DNA from: an uncultured Anaerolineales bacterium
GTDB taxonomy: Bacteria; Chloroflexota; Anaerolineae; Anaerolineales; UBA4823
DNA length: 64,000 nucleotides
Reading direction: 5' to 3'
Assembly: GCA_937928795.1 (NCBI GenBank)
Contig: CALFWB010000066.1
Location: forward strand, 38-64,037
The position numbers were made by a program, and so were the translations under genes. Position 1 is the first letter of the stretch. The number at the start of each line of letters is the position of its first letter. Shown here in pieces: positions 60,601 through 64,000 of the stretch. Under the pieces are notes generated by a model. That model was given only the letters and a program-made list of their open reading frames with translations, had not been told where the DNA came from and did no database searches.

Positions 60601-61011
60601 GATACCTTGACGAACCCACTGGTGGAGATTTATCTCTTGGCCGATGCTACTCAATGGTTTAAGTCCTTTCAACTTGACTTTGGCATTGGCGCCGATCCAA
60701 AAGAGTGGACGACCATTGTAAAGCGGAACAACCCCGCCCAACCTAACGATCCGGCGGCAAGTTGGGAAGTGATGGATTTGCCCAGTGGTTTAGTGACCCT
60801 GCGCTTAACGGTCTTTAGTGAGAAGGATACTTACTCAGAAAAGAAAATTCAAGTGATCCTTCAAGTGCCGACACCCACGCCTACTTTTACGTCAACACCG
60901 ACTGAAACACCCATACCAACGCAAACCCCTACACCAACCTTTACCCCAACGATTACGGCAACACCTTCACCCACAGCAACTGAAACACCGACTTTGACCC
61001 CCACACCCTGA
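57661..61011 (+). CDS. Class A penicillin-binding protein (transglycosylase-transpeptidase) with long N- and C-terminal extensions
   Basis: ATEDKEY, GASTITQQLARN, RKVRE, QPGSSIKP (SxxK), SYN, KTGT; PT-rich tail. Confidence 0.93.
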   Translation: MSEPLSSPSDQDAAKRFRRLLSEGEDETSEASSLESLTTGKLSRHPTGEPERTGGWFEEIEPPGESEPSPAEDFVGEGEGKGEQEEETKLREPPPPEFGSTPPHPSPPIGTYGLPLPRRITETDSDATRVAPRTRASEATRVHPVSPDPTRVNPLKSNRPAQSVSRTQFSQTGERPPSMTSQKVLEPPNKQEGKFDWSIVSGCFVRSFVLALFGGVILTVCLFSIMLIQYFRILQELPDIENLRERASKFETTRILDRNGNVLYEILDPNAGRRTYVPLERISPYLVAATIATEDKEYYNHPGYDVFAIFRAFYQNLSSGDTVSGASTITQQLARNLLFSPEERSNRSYQRKVREAILAAELTRRYSKDEILEIYLNENYYGNLAYGVEAAAETYFRTTADKLTLAQAAFLAGLPQAPSIYDIYTNREATLKRFSDVLVLMYRVSQEQGCIYVSNSPQPVCVDPVTATKAREEILNYTFPSPNIPMKHPHWVNYIRQQLEAEYDVQTIYRSGFSVYTTLDSELQQIAERLVKEQVSRLREKNVKSGALVAIHPPTGEILAMVGSADFEDETIDGQVNMAISPRQPGSSIKPITYLAAFEKGWTPATLIWDVPSEFPPSGRPEDPRPPYKPVNYDERFHGPVTVRAALANSYNVPAVKALQFVGIYDDPLIPGEDGFLAMARRLGITTLTREDYGLSLTLGGGDVTLLELTNVYAILANMGRKTPLISITKIFDHEGNVVYEAPRGPVQQVLRPEHVFLITSILSDNEARAPMFGRDSPLNLPFPAAAKTGTTNDFRDNWTLGYTPDLAVGVWVGNADYTPMSDVSGISGAAPIWSAFMQQAVPRVAGGKVTPFVRPAGIVDRIICAVSGTEPSQWCPKQTTEIFAADQPPLPKEEDLWQMAQIDTWTGLKASSACSDFTKEEFVLNVTDPFAKKWIQKDPEGKKWAERNGFEKKIRFAPERECKSDDPRPKLDFISPRNGDTLTNPLVEIYLLADATQWFKSFQLDFGIGADPKEWTTIVKRNNPAQPNDPAASWEVMDLPSGLVTLRLTVFSEKDTYSEKKIQVILQVPTPTPTFTSTPTETPIPTQTPTPTFTPTITATPSPTATETPTLTPTP

Positions 61012-61033
61012 TCAATCCTTCAAGGAGTTAGTG

Positions 61034-62152
61034 ATGAAAATTGTAAAAGTCGATCTCAACAATCTTGAGTGGGTGAAACGCTTCATCGCTTTTCCCTTTG
61101 AGTTGTATCGCCAGTCGCCGTATTGGGTTCCGCCCCTCTGGGATGAGATGTTGAAAAACTTGAATCCCCGTCGTCATCCTTTTTACGAACATTCTCAAGC
61201 GGAGTTTTTTCTAGCTCTAGAGGGGAGTCAAATCGTTGGACGGATTGGCGTTCAAGAGAATCGACGTCACAATCATTTCCGCAAGGCAAAAGATGCGATT
61301 TTTTGCTTTTTTGAATCGATCGATGATGAAAAGGTTGCTCAAGCGTTGTTTGAGACGATTTTTGATTGGGCAAGAAAACGCGGGCTGGAGAGAGTGATAG
61401 GTCCGAAGGGATTGCTGGGTTCGCAGGCGGGCGGCGTTTTAGTGGAAGGTTTTGAGCATTTGCCAGCTCTATCCATACCCTATAATTTTCCATACTATGA
61501 CCGTCTGATCGGTGCGGTGGGTTTTGAAAAAGATACCGATCACCTCTCCGGTTATCTGCGAGCGGATCATCAATTGCCGCAAAGAATACTGCGCATAGCC
61601 GAAAGAGTCAAGGAAAAAAGGGGTTTTTGGGTGAAAAATTTTACTTCCAAGGAAGAGATGAAACCATGGATTCCAGTTGTTGCTAGGATTCATGCCGCAG
61701 CATTTGTCCATAATTACAGCTTTGTTCCACCTACAGAGAAGGAACTGGAGATGATCGCCCATTCGATTCTCAGTGTTGTGGAGCCCCCTCTGGTTAAAGT
61801 GGTGATGAAAGGCGAGGATGTCATCGGATTTCTGATTTCTTATCCGGATATCTCAAGAGGCTTGCAAAGGGCGAAGGGGAAAATCTTGCCTTTCGGGTGG
61901 TTTTGGTTATTGTTGGAGAAGAGAAGGACGAAGTGGTTAAACGTTAACGGAGCGGGCTTGCTCCCTGAATATTGGGGCTCGGGAGCAAATGTGATCCTCT
62001 ATACGGAATTGCAAAAGACGGTTAGGCAATATCCTTTTGAACATGTGGAAGTCGTTCAAGTCGATGAAAAGAACTTCGCCAGTAAATCGGATATGGAGGC
62101 GATCGGAATCACTTGGTATAAACGGCATCGCAATTACCAGCGCGATTTGTAG
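61034..62152 (+). CDS. YghO/bacterial ceramide synthase-like GNAT acyltransferase
   Basis: FIAFPFELY..SPYWVPPL…HPFYEH..AEFFLA…VGRI, FFESIDD, GVLVEGF, PYNFPYY. Confidence 0.7.
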   Translation: MKIVKVDLNNLEWVKRFIAFPFELYRQSPYWVPPLWDEMLKNLNPRRHPFYEHSQAEFFLALEGSQIVGRIGVQENRRHNHFRKAKDAIFCFFESIDDEKVAQALFETIFDWARKRGLERVIGPKGLLGSQAGGVLVEGFEHLPALSIPYNFPYYDRLIGAVGFEKDTDHLSGYLRADHQLPQRILRIAERVKEKRGFWVKNFTSKEEMKPWIPVVARIHAAAFVHNYSFVPPTEKELEMIAHSILSVVEPPLVKVVMKGEDVIGFLISYPDISRGLQRAKGKILPFGWFWLLLEKRRTKWLNVNGAGLLPEYWGSGANVILYTELQKTVRQYPFEHVEVVQVDEKNFASKSDMEAIGITWYKRHRNYQRDL

Positions 62153-62192
62153 GTTAGGCAAAATAGATTTCTCAGAACGGAGGAGATGAAAG

Positions 62193-63242
62193 ATGAGGGC
62201 ATGGGTCATTGAGCAAGTTTCAAAAATTGAAGAGACTCCAGCGCCGTTGAAAATGGTCGATCGGCCTGTTCCGAGAACGGAAGAGGATCAAATTCTTATT
62301 GAGGTCGAAACTTGTGGTGTGTGTCATACTGAAATTGATGAAATCGAGGGAAGAGCTGCACCCCCCGAGTTGCCAATGACCCCCGGTCATCAGGTTGTTG
62401 GCAAGGTCGTAGAGCGAGGAAGCGAGGCTAAAAGGTTTCAAGTTGGGGATCGAGTGGGGGTAGCCTGGATTTATCAGGCTTGTGGGAGTTGTCCCTTCTG
62501 TTTGCGAGGGCAAGAGAACCTTTGCCCGCAATTCAAAGCCACCGGGCGAGATGCGCACGGTGGCTACGCTGAGTATATGGCGGTCAAAGAAAGTTTTGCT
62601 TATGCTATTCCTCCTCAGTTGGATGCTCTGCGGGCAGCCCCCTTGTTATGCGCCGGCGCAATCGGCTATCGATCCCTGAGGCTTACGCAACTGCAAAATG
62701 GGATGAGGCTTGGCTTGAGCGGCTTTGGCGCTTCGGCCCATTTAGTTTTATTAATGGCAAAAGCGTTATATCCGCAGAGCGAGATTTATGTCTTTTCGCG
62801 CAGCGAAGGCGAGCGAGAGTTTGCCAAGCAGCTCGGAGCGGTTTGGGCTGGCGCTATCGAGGAGAGAACTCCGCAACCGCTGGATGCGATCATTGATACC
62901 ACTCCTGTTTGGAAACCGATCGTTGAAGCTTTACGGAATTTATCACCCGCTGGCAGGCTGGTCATTAATGCCATTCGCAAAGAGGATTCTGATCGGCATC
63001 TGTTGGCTGAAGTCGATTATCCCTCTCAACTATGGTTGGAAAAAGAGATCAAAAGTGTTGCCAATGTTACCCGTAAGGACGTAGAAGATTGTTTGCAATT
63101 GGTTGCCCGCGAAGATATCCGTCCTGAAGTACAAGTTTATCCTTTTGAGGCGGCTAATCAAGCGCTCTTGGACTTGAGGAATCGCAAAATCAAAGGAGCC
63201 AAGGTTCTCCAAATTGCTAGAAACATGCAGAGGATCGCCTAG
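62193..63242 (+). CDS. Zinc-dependent alcohol dehydrogenase
   Basis: CGVCHT, GHQVVG, CGSCPFC…ENLC, APLLCAG. Confidence 0.92.
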   Translation: MRAWVIEQVSKIEETPAPLKMVDRPVPRTEEDQILIEVETCGVCHTEIDEIEGRAAPPELPMTPGHQVVGKVVERGSEAKRFQVGDRVGVAWIYQACGSCPFCLRGQENLCPQFKATGRDAHGGYAEYMAVKESFAYAIPPQLDALRAAPLLCAGAIGYRSLRLTQLQNGMRLGLSGFGASAHLVLLMAKALYPQSEIYVFSRSEGEREFAKQLGAVWAGAIEERTPQPLDAIIDTTPVWKPIVEALRNLSPAGRLVINAIRKEDSDRHLLAEVDYPSQLWLEKEIKSVANVTRKDVEDCLQLVAREDIRPEVQVYPFEAANQALLDLRNRKIKGAKVLQIARNMQRIA

Positions 63243-63250
63243 CTCGAGTT

Positions 63251-64000
63251 CTACTGAGATGTGTCCTTCAGCGCTTCCTCAATAACGCCTTCAAACACCT
63301 CATAGGGCTGAGCGCCGATAATCGCTTTGCCGTTGATGAGGAAGGAGGGTGTGCTTGTCAGTCCAATTTGACGGGCGAATCGGGTTTGTTGGAGGACGGT
63401 AGCCGTATAACGCCCGCTGTCTAGGCATTCTGAGAAGGTTTTGCTGTCCAAATTTAATTGTTGGGCAAGAGCTTTTAGGTTTTCACTGCTGTAGTCGGGC
63501 GTGTTTCCGCCTTCTCTTTGGGCAAATAGCAGCTCATGATATTCCCAAAACTTACCTTGTTCTGCAGCGCATTCGCTGGCGACCGCCGCGCGAACGGAGT
63601 CTTCTCCTAAGATGGCAAGGTGCACAAAGCCCAAATAAACTTTGCCTTGATCGATGTATGTCGCAAAGATCTTCTTGCCGGTCTCCAAATTGTATTTGGC
63701 GCAATAAGGGCAGCGAAAATCGCTAAATTCATACATCCGCACGGGGGCTTGCTCGTTGCCGATGTAGTTTTCGGTTTGGCTTGCCAGCAAGTCAAGCATT
63801 TGTTGGCGGTTGCTCTGGTCCTGAGTGGTTGGGTTTTGACCAAGAGCGGCGGTTGGACGAGCTGCTTGCGTTGGGTTTGCGTTTGGACGGAGATAATATC
63901 CGAGGAGAAAGCCGGCGAGGAAGGTGATAAGAAGTGCAATGGGGAACGTCCAGCTATAAACCGCAAGGACAAAGAGGGGTTTCTCAGCGCCTAAGCGCCG
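63251..64000 (-). CDS. Membrane-anchored DsbA/BdbD-like thioredoxin (5' end outside the window)
   Basis: EFSDFRCPYC and STPSF (cis-Pro). The frame stays open to 64000 and includes a TM segment (FPIALLITFLAGFLLGYYL). Confidence 0.88.
   Translation of the reverse strand, partial: RRLGAEKPLFVLAVYSWTFPIALLITFLAGFLLGYYLRPNANPTQAARPTAALGQNPTTQDQSNRQQMLDLLASQTENYIGNEQAPVRMYEFSDFRCPYCAKYNLETGKKIFATYIDQGKVYLGFVHLAILGEDSVRAAVASECAAEQGKFWEYHELLFAQREGGNTPDYSSENLKALAQQLNLDSKTFSECLDSGRYTATVLQQTRFARQIGLTSTPSFLINGKAIIGAQPYEVFEGVIEEALKDTSQ

Noticed and set aside
21643-64000. Selenoprotein (in-frame TGA) candidates prompted by selA
   Set aside because: The redox proteins here (ferredoxin, Rrf2, DsbA-like CPYC, ADH) use Cys codons, and I saw no TGA-ended ORF with an obvious homologous continuation. 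This was checked by eye only.

Overview
Bacterial chromosomal window, most likely a Chloroflexota (Anaerolineae-like) genome. This is an inference from the Pro/Thr-rich tails, gene families and repeat types. Most of it (4.7-64 kb) is dense housekeeping and metabolic DNA: psuK/psuG, glpD, two MacB-type ABC systems, maeB, selA, tsaD, glgP, Rrf2-cydAB with a cydD-cydC fusion, a small polysaccharide cluster, ilvE, rsmI, a UgtP-like glycolipid synthase, kbl, tandem PstA/DarA-like c-di-AMP receptors, a class A PBP, a bCerS/YghO-like GNAT and a DsbA-like protein. The ORF track misses the main accessory feature: the first 4.6 kb is a decaying integron. It has a frameshifted, insertion-truncated intI on the minus strand, divergent promoters, an attI-like site, two attC sites and cassettes whose boundaries are supported by core/inverse-core complementarity. 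One cassette is 2.75 kb with three genes, another is a LuxR-HTH fusion with an internal start. The array ends at the 3' end of tRNA-Leu(TAA). Intergenic regions hold at least three families of TIR-bounded miniature elements carrying REP-like cargo, a compact 6S-RNA-like gene, a perfect 20-bp-arm palindrome containing face-to-face -10 boxes, and structured leaders. The best candidates for an undescribed system are the 'quinate 5-dehydrogenase'-like/NTP-transferase/PAP2 operon with the bCerS-like acyltransferase (putative unusual lipid synthesis), the LuxR-fusion cassette architecture, and the complementary PstA paralog pair. All calls come from reading the sequence and from recalled family motifs; no searches were run.
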